Below are positions 12,341-24,601 of a DNA stretch of 64,000 bases, piece by piece. Source of the stretch: Hypanus sabinus. Its lineage: Eukaryota. The translations under genes were made by a program, and so were the position numbers. Each line of letters opens with the position of its first letter. The stretch's first letter is position 1. The notes under the pieces are model-generated. The model was not told the DNA's origin. It did not search any database and saw nothing but the letters and a program-made list of their open reading frames with translations. The stretch is taken from NCBI RefSeq assembly GCF_030144855.1, contig NC_082725.1, positions 15,376,001 to 15,440,000 of the forward strand. The letters are read 5' to 3'.

Positions 12341-13749
12341 ACTTGAGTTAAATGTGTGCAGACAAAACATATTTGAATGTGTACTACAGGGAAACCAATT
12401 CCATTCAATGTTTGCACTGAGCTCCATCAAAAGAAGTCTCAACTGTAATGCAATCACTTTTCAATCTCAATGCTGAGTTTGGAGAGCCATCTGCAATACA
12501 CCTGCAATTTTGTTTCAAGTCTTTAGAAATCATATAGAACAGGAAAATGGCCATTATAAAATAGATTTTTTTTTTGAAGGACAAAAAGTCAGAAGCATAA
12601 AACAAGATGCTTGAGTGAATGCCGCAGGTGACTTTCAGTGACGATTGAGAGAACAAAGCTTGCAGCTGTACAAATTCAACAGATCTATCTACTTTAAGGC
12701 CGTATTAAAAATATTTAAGTTACAAAAAATGCTTCCAACAAAATAACCTCTAGATTCACAATCTGCCAAATTACAGGATCCACATGGAAAAATGACGGTC
12801 TTCTGTAAGGGTTTTGGCAAGAAATTTCAGCCTCTAACAGCTGTTACATGGTGTGAGGTGGTTGGTGAGAAATGAACACTTAACCCTTGACTGGGTATTT
12901 CAATTTATCAAGGACACACTCCTCAAGTCCCTCTACTACATCTCTACATGTGATATGTTACGATGATTAATAGCAACTGGAACTAAATTGAAGTGTACAG
13001 ATATTCCATGTACTTTCAAAGACTTTGATGACTATTTTTTTAATCATTGAAGTAGGGCACTTGCAAAGACTTCACACCTTCATAAAAATAAATTAAAACA
13101 AAACATGTCCTATTTTCAAAAAAGCCATAAAATTGCCGGGAAAAATAACTGAACCTCAAGTCTGTTCAATCACTATAAGCCACAGATTTTACAAGTACGA
13201 ATGTGCCACTAAACAAAGTCATCAAAAGGCATATTAGCTAACGTCATTCTGATACGCCACTTTCCATTGGAAATGATTCATCCTCTTCAGTTTATTCAGT
13301 TTTGGCAGTTGAAGCAGAAATTAAACATTAATGCTTATTATGTTAGAGAAGTAAAGATTATTGTAGAGTTTTTAATCATTCTTATTTTCCTCATATTTTT
13401 TCTTTTGCAATAAATCTTGATTTATGGTCATAAAATGTGTTGATATTTGGACTTTCCCAATGTATTTCATAGAAATGTGTTGATATAGTGCAATTAAGTT
13501 AAAATTACATGAAATCCAATGTAGGGTATTGCATCATTCTGACTGAGCAGATTTAGTGCTTATGAATTAAGAGATGACGTTCTTCTCCCAAATTCACTGC
13601 TGAGGTAAGTAATACTTTTATTTTGGATAAAGCATCTTTGCAACACATGAAAAAAACTAGTCCTCCAATGGATATTTTAAAGTAATAGTTTGTCTGCACA
13701 AGGGGAAGCCTCCTGTAAGCAGGAAACCTTTAAAGAATGAGTATTTTTT

Positions 13750-14240
13750 ATTAGGAGATAGAGCATGATAACAGGCACTCCCAGCCCTTTGAGTACATGC
13801 CTCCCATGTGACCAATTAACCTACTAACCCGTGCATTTTTGGAATGTGGGTGGAAACCAGAACACCTGGAGGAAATCAATACCGTTGGAGAGAGAGCATA
13901 CAAAGTCCTTACAGACAGTGGAGGGAATTGAACCCAGATCACCGGCACTGTGATTGCATTGCGCTAACCATTGCACTACTGTGCCCCCCCCCCCCCCACC
14001 GCCCCCGTGTAAAGGATGGTGCAGCAGTTAGCTCTGACTCCAGTGATCTGGGGCCAATCCTGGCCTCCAGTGCTATCTGCCAGGAGTTTGCGTTAAAACC
14101 CCATGAGTGCTTGAGTTTCCTCCAAGTACCCCTTTTCTTCACCCATATCTTGAAGATGTCTGATGGGCTAAATTGCACTTTGCCTTGTGCAAGTGGGTGG
14201 TTGGGGAACTCGAGGGAGTACATGGGCATGTGAGAGAGAA
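13750..14240. mobile_element. Two back-to-back tRNA-derived SINEs (V-SINE/HE1-like): ~13750-14000 minus, ~14015-14240 plus
   Basis: B-box-like GGGTTCAATTCC on minus, followed by the TTTCCACCCACATTCCAAAA…GTTAATTGG core; the second copy is more degenerate. Confidence 0.6.
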
Positions 14241-14524
14241 GGAATTGGAATCAGAATTGGTTTATTATTATCATATATACCAAGGTTCAGTGAAAAGACT
14301 GGCTTGCATATTGTTCACACAGATTAAAGCATTACACAGTACATTGAGGTAGAACAAGGTAAAGTGACAAAAGAATGCTGAATAAAGTGTAACAGTTGCC
14401 GAGAAAATACGGTGCAAGTACACAATAAAGGACAAATCCTAACCAGGTAGAATATGAGGAAAATGGAAGGATATGGACATTGTGTAGGCAGAGTGGATTA
14501 ATTTAACTGGCCATTTGATTAAAA

Positions 14525-14715
14525 AAGCAACACACAGAAAAATAATCTTCTTCAGGCATCTGGCATCTTTCCCCTTCCTTCTCAGTCCTGAAAAAGGGTC
14601 TCGACCCAAAATGTCAGCTGTTTACTTTTTTTCCATAGATACTGCCTGAGTTCCTCCAGTGTCCTGCTCGTGTTGCTTTGGATTTCTGGCATCTGCAGAC
14701 TTTCTTCTGTTTGTG
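14525..14715 (+). mobile_element. Mini-PLE terminal fragment with degenerate hammerhead
   Basis: GTCCTGAAAAAGGGTCTCGACCCAAAATGTC…GCATCTGCAGA matches the PLE terminus. Confidence 0.65.
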
Positions 14716-15042
14716 ATTTGGTTACTAATTTAACTGGGCTGAAGGGTCTGTTCCTGGGCTGTAACTGTTTTATCTACTGCTGTGAGATTGAAAATCCTGA
14801 TGAACCACTTAAAAGTCCTATAACAGCAAGGTAGCAGCTGTCCTTGAGCCTGGTTCAGGGTTTTTTAAAAATCTTCTGCTTGATGGAAGAGGGGAGAAAA
14901 GAGAACGTCAGGGGTGCGTGGGGTTTTTGATTACACTAGCTCCTTTATGAAGGTAGTGAGAGGTGGGAAATGGTCATTTCTGAGAGCCAGCATGCACCTG
15001 ATAGGCAAAATTGTCTCTTTCTGTGGAATAATACCTTAGTAC

Positions 15043-15262
15043 AAGAAGAAGAAAAAGAAAGCCCTTAACTCTGCGTGGAGTCATCGGGACACCACCGTGA
15101 CAGCGCTTTTATAGCAGGCTTTCTTGTTTTTACAAGACCGAGTTGCCAACTCGACGCTCAACCCAGCACGGATGGAAAGCATGCAAGGGGGACGGCTGGA
15201 TTTGAACTCGGGACTCTTCTCTCCGAAGTCCGGCGCTGATGCCACTAGGTCACCTGTCAGCC
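15043..15262 (-). mobile_element. tRNA-derived SINE with (TTC)n tail
   Basis: Minus strand has A-box-like TAGTGG and B-box GAGTTCAAATC and ends in TTCTTCTTC; imperfect flanking duplication CCTTAGTACAA / CCCTAGTATAA. Confidence 0.65.
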
Positions 15263-15499
15263 ACCCCTAGTATAAAACCACAAATAAAAATATACCATCA
15301 TGACATTCCCTTGCCTTCTCAGGGATCACTTTGCTTTTCTGATTCATTGTTTATCCTGAGTTCTCCTTCAAACTGTTCAGCTCAAAATGTATTTGTAAAT
15401 ATTGCATCTGCATCCTCCCATTGTAGAGCAAGCAAATTTCACTGTGATGTGCAATAAATTACTTGCTCACAGTGTCCAACTTTGTCAACAGTGTCTATA

Positions 15500-16024
15500 C
15501 TTTAATAAAGCGGCTACTGAGAGTATGCTCACAGTCTTCTGCTGACGTAACCCCTCAAGGTTCAATGTGTTGTGTATGCAGAAATGCTCTTCTGTTGTAA
15601 CACATGGTTATCTGAGTTACTGTCACCATCCTGTCAGCTTGAACCAGTCTGGCCTTTCTCCTCCGAGCTCTCTCACTAACAAGGTGTTTTCACCACCAGA
15701 ACCGCTGCTCACTGGATATTTTTTCTGTTCTTTGCACCATTCTCTGTAAACCCTAGAGGCATCGTGTGGGAAATTCCCAGGAAATCAGCAGTCTGTGATA
15801 TAGCCAAACCATCCGGGCTGGCACTAACAATCTTTCCATAGTCAAAGTCACTTAGGTCACATCTCTTCCCCATTCTGATGTTTGGTCGTCCGAACAACAC
15901 GTGGACCTCTTAACCATGTCTGCATGCTTTTATGCATTGAGTTGCTGCCACATGATTGGCTGATTAGATATTTGTATTAATGTGCGGCTATGCAGGTGTA
16001 CCTCATAAAGTGGCCACTGAGTAT
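15500..16024 (-). mobile_element. Non-autonomous Tc1-like DNA transposon (TIR plus transposase N-terminus)
   Basis: TIR CTCAGTGGCCACTTTAT; MGKRCDLSDFDYGKIVSA…ISQTADFLGIS (paired-like HTH region). Confidence 0.85.
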
Positions 16025-18054
16025 ATATAAGATGAGTTACTATTAGGTAACTAATAGGTAACTAGTTAAGATTAGTTACAACATCCCTATGTTATCAATT
16101 CAGTTTATACTACAAAGGACTGCTAACCAGATTAGTAACTCTGTCCATGTTCTTGACCTGAACCGTCGATAAGTCCTTTCCCTCTACAGATACTATTTGT
16201 CGCGCTGTGTTCCTTCCAGCTGTTTGTTTATTTGTGCTTCAGATTCCAGCATCTGCAATCATTCGAGTCTTCAGTTATCAGTTTTCCACATTATACATAC
16301 TCATACATATTGCAAGTAATCCCATCATGATTTAAAAGAAAACACTAATATCTTGGCAGGGATTGGACATATTGTTGGATAAAAAGATGCTGATGGAATA
16401 AAGATGACAAAATATCAGCGAGTGAAACTGGGGCAAACTGTCCTTTTTTAATTGGGTGAATTGATATGTATTCCAGTAGTGGTAGAGGTTTAATATGGTT
16501 AAATATGGCTGTAATTATTTGAGGGTAATAATACAATTAATAATTGCAACATAAGGAGCAATAAATCAGTAATATTATGAATATTTAACAATCTGATTTT
16601 TCCAAAGCAATGTTCCAAATCCTTTGCTACCAAACTATAGGCACTGTCATTTTTAAGTGTTCTTATTACTATAGAAATAAGCCAATGAGAAACATGTGTC
16701 TCACAAGGCTTACCCAGAACTACATGCTCACAGATTTAACATGGTACAGCTGTTGAATGTAGCTCCGTGCAGACTTTTATTAAACACTGGGGCCTGCAAG
16801 TTATGGTGTGTGAATATTAAACTAAATAGGTTAATGACTGACTAAAATATCACTCAGAAGAATTTCATACAAAGGTGATAAGTGTTTGTACTCTAATTGG
16901 AATTCGGCATATTTTCAAAGGAGTTTTTTTTTCATCAACTAGTTATTAGACAAGAATAATTTCTACCATATGGTAGCTCCGTGTTGATTGACACGCTTAT
17001 CCACTGGTTTATAAACCATTAGTTAGAGACTGTGGAGTTGAAACTCCTTTGGGGTGGTTTGATCTAGCATAAGCCACAGGATGTACCCACCCATGGCCCC
17101 CGCACCAAAGGATGTTGAGACGTGCAGGAGAGGAAGGCAACAAACTGGGCTGAACAGGCATGACTGTGGTGGTGGGGCGGGGGAGAAGATGGTGGAACAC
17201 TGCTTCCAAAGAGGCCAGGTTAATAAATGAGTGTTAATGGAAACAAAGCTACTCCTTCTGTCATGAGGTTGCTTCTAATTCTTCCCTGATCTGTGTCAAG
17301 CTGGGATAATTCCCAGATAGAAGAGGAATTTTTTGCGGGTCCTGAAAGAAGGTAGGGGCACCGAAAGCCATGGTTTAGAGTGTCGCCCTAATTTTACATT
17401 GATAGTTGGGCAGCGCCTGCAACCTCACGAGCCTTTTATCTCTGTGAATTAGAACTTGACAGAAGAAATAAGGTTGTGATACTTCTAATGAGGTACATCA
17501 TTTAATGCCTGAAAAGAGAGTCTCATGCTGCTGTGTGTCTTTTTGTTTCACCATGATGCCTAGGCATTATCTACACCAGAGATTAAGCAGATGCTGGAAA
17601 TCCAGAACAATTCACACAAAAGGCTGGGAGGATCTCAGCAAGCTGATCAGCTGAGTTTACTTCAGGATTTTCAGTTTATTGCCGAGGGCAGGATTTGACA
17701 GACTTTTTTACGCTATGAACCCCTCTCATTAGCCGAGGGGTCTGTGTGGACTCCAGGTTGGGAGCTGCTGGTCTAGGGATTATTCTATGTTTGACACTGT
17801 ATAAATGTGGCTTTAAGGATATTGTAGCATGGCAAGAAGCATACAAGATGTATCACAACTTCGATGGTCAGATTAGTAACTGAAATGAGGAATTATCAAT
17901 TAAATATGCAATGGAGAAATGCAAATTCATCATAAGTAACATAATTTAGTGAGAACGAATGTGAATGAAAATACAACAAGCCTTAACTTCTTGAAACAAT
18001 TCATACTGTGACTGTAGCAAGGTTAACAGGTTGGTGAGGAAACATCTGTAATAT

Positions 18055-18975
18055 GCACAAGAGAATCTGCAGATGCTGGAAATCCATAGTAACACACACA
18101 AAATGCTGGAGGAACTCTGCAGGTCGGGCAGCATCTATGGAGGGGAATGGAGTGCTGAGACCCTTCATTGGTACCTCCAATATAATTCAGCAAGCTAAGC
18201 AATCTCCATTGATCTCCCTCCTGGCATTTATCCTTGCAAGTGTTACACCTTCCCCTACAACACCTCCATCATTACCATTCAGGGCCCCAAACAGTCCTTC
18301 CAGGTGAGGTGACACTTCACCTGTGAGTCTGTTGGAGTCATCCACTTTATCCAGTGCTCCCAGTGTGGCCCCTTGTATATTGGTGAGACCCAATGTAGGT
18401 TGGGACACCGCTTCACTGATCTCCTACCCCCTGCCCAGTCTGCCAGAAAAAGTAGGATCTCCCATTTTAACTCCTCTTCCCATTCCCATTCCAACATATC
18501 AGTCCATGGCCTCCTCTACTGTTGCCATGAGGCCACACTCAGGTTGGAGGAGCAACACCTTATGTTTTGTCTGGGTAGCTTCCAACCTGATAGCATGAAC
18601 ATCGATTTCTTGAACTGGGTAATGGCCCCTCCCCCTTCATCATTCCCCATCCCCTCTTCCCTGTCTCACCTGATCTCCTTGCTTGCCCATCACCTCCCCC
18701 TTTTCTTTCTCCCATGGCCTTCTACTAGATTCCCCTTCTCACAGGACTTTCACCAGTAAACTTCCCAGCTCTTTACTTCAACCCTCCCCCCTTCCAGTTT
18801 CACTATCACCTTGTGTCCCTCCCTCCCCTCCCCTCCCCCCCCCACTTCCTAACTCTGACTCCACATCTTTTATTCTCCAGTTCTCCTGAAGGGTCTCGGC
18901 CCGAAACATCGACTGTACTCTTTTCCATTGGTGCTGCCTGTCTTGCTGAGATCTTCCAGCATTTTGTGCGTGTTG
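18055..18975 (+). mobile_element. 5'-truncated Penelope-like element (GIY-YIG region and terminal repeat) preceded by an inverted terminal copy
   Basis: YIGETQCRLGHRF…HFNSSSHS…LEEQHL (GIY-YIG); 18055-18170 is the reverse complement of the terminus at 18880-18975. Confidence 0.85.
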
Positions 18976-20759
18976 TCTGCACAGTTTTTTTCTGAGTGCT
19001 AACGGTGGGGTGGATTTCTGACCCTTGATTCAGCTCCAGTCTTTGGAAAGGGAAGGATAAATCCACTTTACTGAAGAGCTGTTTGATTGTCAATATAGCA
19101 ATGCTTACAGTTTACAGTTACTGTTCTATAGATTTGCTAAGTATGTCCACAGAAAAAGAATCTCAGGGTTGTATGCAGTAACATGCATGTACTCTGATAA
19201 TAGATTTTACCTTTTGAACTTCAGCTTTGATACACCGCCTTACAGTTGCCACAAATCCTCCCTGTTCTGCCTCTGGTTCAGTATAATCATTCTATTTTGT
19301 ATATGCATAATACAATGTCATGCCTCTTCAGCCAGTCTGTTTCCTTCTCATTAGATTTCCTTATCAGTGGTTTCAGAGATCTGTGACCCCTGCAAGCAGA
19401 GCCCCAGCATAATCTTGTGCCTTGACTGTTTTGCCTACAAAGGCCAAGACCATAAGACCATAAGAGACCATAAGTCAAGTTTACTGTCAGATTGAAGTGT
19501 CATTGGGGTGTGGCTGGGTGGTCAAAATATGCAATCAGAGAGACACACAGCAGAGGGAAAAACCCTTTCACCCATCAAGTCTATTCTGACCATCAATCTC
19601 CCACATACTAGAACACAGAGCAATGGCCTGTCTCACAGCTTGATGCTCATGGGGGGGTGGGGGGGATTAGGAAGGACATTACTGCTGTGCTTCCTATTCA
19701 AAGTAAAGGGATTTCATCTACTTTTTCTTCATTTTTTCCTAGCCTGAATGAACATGGGTTTGTGAGTTTTGGACAAGCTTTTAAACATTACTAAATTTGG
19801 AAAAGGGAGAGAATTCTGCATGGCTTTTTAACAACATTGGCAATCATGCCAAGCTTAAACAGTCTGTTGGGTACAGTATAGGACTCAAAGATGCTGGTGG
19901 TGTTGTCAATGACCTCAAAAGCACAATAAATTACTCAAGGGTCTGCTTGTTTTGTGGGCTGTTGGTTGGGGTGTGTGAGTGTAATCCTCCTTACCAATGC
20001 GTAGCTTCCCAATGGAAGTGTGAACTCACAGCTTGGCATTCATCTTCCAGAATCTTCTAAGATTTAAAGAGTGGGAATGGAATTTACAGGGATGGTTCAT
20101 GGGTTCTATTTAATACCAGAGAATGTATACAGTATACAACCTGAAATTCTTACTCTCCGCAGCCATCCACAAAACAAAGTAAAAGCCCAAAGTGTGAATG
20201 ACAAGGAAATGTTAGAACCTGAAAGCCCGTCCCACTCCCATGCACGAGCAACAGTCCCTCACCACCCACCCTGTGAGGAATAACAAACCCTCAGAGACCA
20301 TGATCCATCAGAAACTACTGTTCACCCCTACAGTTTGATGTGCCACAGTCTCGCTCTCTCCCTAACAAGGGACAGAGGGATATCGCTTCTGCCACAGCAA
20401 GAGGGAGACCAACAGCTCTCTGTTTCGATGTTACAGTTTGCATCATTGCTTATTTTGATAGCCGTGTACCCTGCTCTCTCGACATTCTGATCTCAGCCGG
20501 CGACACCGGCAGGGCATCGGTTCTTCCACAGGGCCGCACCCTAAAGGTGTCCCCGTCTTCCAGGCCGCTTGGTGAACAAAGAGCAGGGACCCAGCACCAT
20601 GAAGAACCACACTTTGAGAGCAGCCATAGAGCGCCGACTCCAATGGGACCCCAGACACCTTGAAAAAGGAAAGAAGAGACATTAGAGGGAAGAACTCAAA
20701 CTGTTTTGCAGATGGACTGGGGCAAGTCACCCTCGTGCCATTTCTAGCAACTCCCACAT

Positions 20760-21185
20760 GAGGACCTGAGTTATAGGGATAGGTTGAATAGGTTAGGTCT
20801 TTATTCCCTGGAGCATAGGAGAATGAGGGGTGATTTGATGGAGGTATATAAAATAATGAGTGGCATAGACAGGGTAAATGCATACAGGGTTTTTCCACTG
20901 AGTTTGGGTGAGATTAGAACTCGAGGTCATGGGTTAAGGGTGAAAGGTGATGTGCTTAAGGCAAGTGACAAGCAACTTCTTCAGTCAGAGGGAGGTGAGA
21001 GTGTAGAATGAGCTGCAGCTGAAAGTAGTGGATATGAGTTTGATTTCAACATTTAAAAGAAGTTTGGATTGAAGGGATATGGAGATCAATGTTCAGGTAG
21101 GCCGATGGGTCCAGGGAGAATAAAAGTTCAGTACAGATTAGTCGGGCTGAAGGGCCTGCTTGTGTGCTGTAGTGCTCTACGATTC
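20760..21185 (+). mobile_element. CR1 LINE 3' end
   Basis: RLGLYSLEHRRMRGDLMEVYKIMSGIDRV…TRGH. Confidence 0.85.
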
Positions 21186-21894
21186 TAAAATCAGCATATA
21201 TTGTGCAGATTGGGAGAATCAGTGCCTAATTCAGTTGCTCTACATGTGCAGTGACACTTCACTAATTCTGTGAGCCCTAGGTTAGAATTGTATATAATAA
21301 GTCTGATAGTTCCAAGTTGTAATATTTGACAATATTCTCATCAGCAACATCTTAATCTTTTGTGCATCTGTCATAATATTTTACATCCAAAATAACAGTT
21401 AACCAATCTTTTAGGAACATAACAATATATCAATATTTGCTGGTCACTTGACTCATAAAAAATATAGAACATCTGTCTAAACTTTTACTGAATCCATCCT
21501 ACTTATTTACAGTGCTAATTAAATATCCTAAATAATTTATCCTTGCTTCTCAAAGCCCTGGCTTGTTGCCTTACAAAACATGCAGTTGTTCTCCATCCTC
21601 ACAGATGGAAGAACTAGAGCGTCTCTTGGAAGTTTTAGTCTCCTCATTATAACATTACAAGCTTCAAACTACAGATTGAAGAAATTAGTTGGAAGCACAA
21701 AGAGCTTTGCTTAGAAACCATTCCAGATTCTGACCGCTGTGCAGGAAATAAAGAATCTTCTAAGCCCTGCTTTATTTTTGATTACTAAAATACACGGTCC
21801 TTTAACTCATGCTTGCTTATATCAAAAAGATTTATGTATTTTAACATATGGCGATAATGATTATGTCTTCTATTAGCATTACTATGAAGTTGGA

Positions 21895-22240
21895 CTGATT
21901 CTTCTCCCTTCCCTTTCTCTCATGATCCACTTGCCTCTTCTATCTGATCCTTTCTTCTTCAGCTCTTTAACTTTTCCACCTATCACCTCCCAGTTCTCAC
22001 TTCATCCCCTCTCCCACATCCACCCACCTCCTCCCTCACCTGGTTTTGCTTAACACCTTGCAAATCCCTCCGCATGCCCCCATACTTATACTTTGGTTTC
22101 TCCCCTCCCTTCTCTTCGGTCCTGATGAAGGGTTTCGGCCCGAAACTTTGACTATTTATTCTTCTCCATAGATGCTTCTTGACCACGATTTTGTGTATGT
22201 TGGTCTGCAGCTCCAGCATTGGCAGAATCTCTGGTGTTTA
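21895..22240 (+). mobile_element. PLE terminal fragment with hammerhead core
   Basis: Pyrimidine-rich tract then GTCCTGATGAAGGGTTTCGGCCCGAAAC at ~22119-22146. Confidence 0.7.
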
Positions 22241-22284
22241 TAACTATGAAATTGTCTGCATCTTGATGCAGTATTAATCTACTA

Positions 22285-22715
22285 AATACTTACTCACTTA
22301 CTTGCTGCCTGTTATGCCTCTAGTACTTAGAGCAGCAATGAAAGTCTGGCGGTGTTCAGGGCTTCCTTCATTGTGTCAGTAGCTTCCTTTCAGTTTCCAC
22401 AACTGTCAGTCATGCAAGTCTCGGTTGGAGACTCAGGAATACCATCACACTCAAGTGTAGGATTCTTCATTGCTGCTCCGTAGCAATTTTGTTTTACCAG
22501 TCAGGGTTGTTAGCCCTGAGCTGCACCCCCAAATCCTGGAGGACTAGTAGACTACTCTTAGTCTGTCCTTTGCCTTTTGATCTGTTTGCCATGGGTGACC
22601 CTACCAAAAGCCAAAGCATAAAGCCCTGACTCCAGCCAACATAGCTCTCTGGGTTATTGAGGCACACAATCCTCAAAACCCAACAACAAGGTTGTAGTCC
22701 TCTTGGAGGGATCTA
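22285..22715 (-). mobile_element. Non-autonomous RTE-like retroelement; second copy at 63770-64000
   Basis: Colinear similarity with 63770-64000; TAAG-type tail on minus; GGGCTAACAACCC motif typical of RTE 5' UTRs (family assignment from recall). Confidence 0.55.
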
Positions 22716-23081
22716 TTAAGTAACAGTATCCAAACTATGGCATAGACTAGTTATAGCAATCAGTCATCACACCACACCCTTATGCCTTAGGAATGTAGCC
22801 ATTGAACCAAAGGTGGCTGACTTCAGTCAGTGTTTTCTATACAACTTTTGGTTTATTTTGGTGGGCTTGAAAACCTGAATGTGCTCCTGTTAATCCATTG
22901 ACTATGAGAAATATTCAAATGAAAGGCATTGAAGATGAGATGTTTTACAGTAGAGGGAACCTGATACAAAGCATTGCCTACATGCATGGGACATGTTGTA
23001 TGTGAAATGATGTATGGCTGTTATTTAACAGTAAAGCAAATGATAGCTCATTAGTTGACTTGCAATGAGCCATTTCAAATA

Positions 23082-23545
23082 CACTCAATGGCCAATTTAT
23101 TTGGTACATCAGCTCATTAATAGACCATAGAACACAGAAATCTACAGCACATTATAGGCCCTTCAGCCCACAATGTTGTGTTGACCTACTCTTGAAGCTG
23201 CCTAACATTTCCCTACCACATAGTCCTTCATTTTTCTAAGCTCTGTGTACCTATCTAAGAGTCTCTTTAAAGACTCTATTGTATCTGCCACTACCGCTGT
23301 CACTGGCAGTGCATTCCACGCACCCACCAATTAATGCAAATATCTAATCAGCCAATCATTTGGCAGTAATTCAATGCATACAAGAACTCAGGCATGATCA
23401 AGAGGTTCATTTGATGTTCAGACCTATCATCAGAATGGGGAAGAAATGTGACCTAAGTGACTTTGATCGTGGATTGATTGTTGATGTCACATGGATGGGG
23501 TGGTTTGTGTATCTTAGAAACTGCTGATCTCCTGGGATTGTTATG
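23082..23545 (+). mobile_element. Non-autonomous Tc1-like copy, truncated, with a CR1 tail inserted at ~23121-23330
   Basis: TA-CACTCAATGGCCAATTTAT TIR; ATGGGGAAGAAATGTGACCTAAGTGACTTTGAT = MGKKCDLSDFD; ATTAAT duplicated around the insert. Confidence 0.8.
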
Positions 23546-23654
23546 TGTCATTCCAAATCTCTTGCACTTTATATTCATTCCCATTGACAGTCCAGTTGCA
23601 CGAAAATGCACCGATTGAATGACAGAGGTTGCATCTTCAATTTGACACTAAATA

Positions 23655-24139
23655 CAGTACTGTGCAAAAGTATTGGGCACATAGGTGTAGCTGGCATGCC
23701 TAAGACTCTGGCACAATCCTGTATTTGTCCTTGTGGAGTAGAGAGCGAGCTGGTAAATCTATCGGGAGTAAAGTACATTGCGAATGGCAAGGGCGGAGCA
23801 CCGCTGGCAGGGTATGGGACGGGTGGCAAAAAGGAATGCCAGGGCGGCGCAGGTGCAGACACAGCAAGCTCCAAGGCATCCAAACAATCAATTTATTGAT
23901 CATTACGGAACATCTCTCTGATGCTTCCTGCTCCCTCCCCTTTTCCCAGCCATGGTTCCCCTTCCCACTCTCAGTTCACAACAGAGGCCCATATCAGAAT
24001 CAGGATTATTGTCATGAAATTAGGGGGTTTTTTTTGAGACAGTACAGTGCAACACATAAAATTACTACAGTGCTGTGCAAAGGTTTTTGGCACCCCAGCT
24101 ATATACGGTACTTGTGCCTAAGACTTTTGCACAGTACTG
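23655..24139. mobile_element. Composite Tc1-type MITE bounded by two ~70-bp mini-MITEs
   Basis: CAGTACTGTGCAAAAG TIR in inverted pairs at 23655-23721 and 24068-24139, TA-flanked (last flank reads CA); the interior recurs at ~46070-46420. Confidence 0.8.
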
Positions 24140-24601
24140 CATATATAGTATGAATGCAGGAACAGATGTTGCAAAGTAGAGTGAAACTGCTCATTCAGGG
24201 TATTGTACTCTAACATGAGTATCTGAAGCACCGTTATGATTCCAACATCAAATTGAAGCAAAGCAGTACAAATTTGGATCTCTTGTTTCATTGTGTAGAT
24301 AGTAAACGCCGAGCTGCACAATTCAAGTTTGCACTGTACAATTGGAGTTGGCTGAGAGTGAACGAGATCATGCAAGACCGAACGGCTGCTTAATAATCAT
24401 TCATCTGCTTTTCCCAATAAATTATGATTATACTGCAAGATCATGAAATGTGTTACTTATTTTATAATTGTTTATTGTTTAGAAAATATTAAGATGTCAA
24501 CATTAAGAATGACCTGCCATTCCTGGTTTAATGTGTCCCCCGTAATGTATGCCAATGCATACAATAAATAAATAAGGAATGATTTAGAAACTAATTTTTA
24601 A

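Noticed and set aside
13551-13604. 54-nt plus-strand exon (FSAYELRDDVLLPNSLL) ending GAG|GTAAGT
   Set aside because: Strong donor, but the acceptor lacks a polypyrimidine tract and the peptide is unrecognised; insufficient without transcript data.
15190-15262. tRNA gene
   Set aside because: A and B boxes are present but continue into a SINE body and simple-repeat tail, and I could not fold a convincing cloverleaf; the same applies near 13920-14000, 28435, 36300 and 48480.
19447-19473. GACCATAA tandem repeat as a regulatory array
   Set aside because: It is the short tandem tail typical of the CR1 3' ends in this window.
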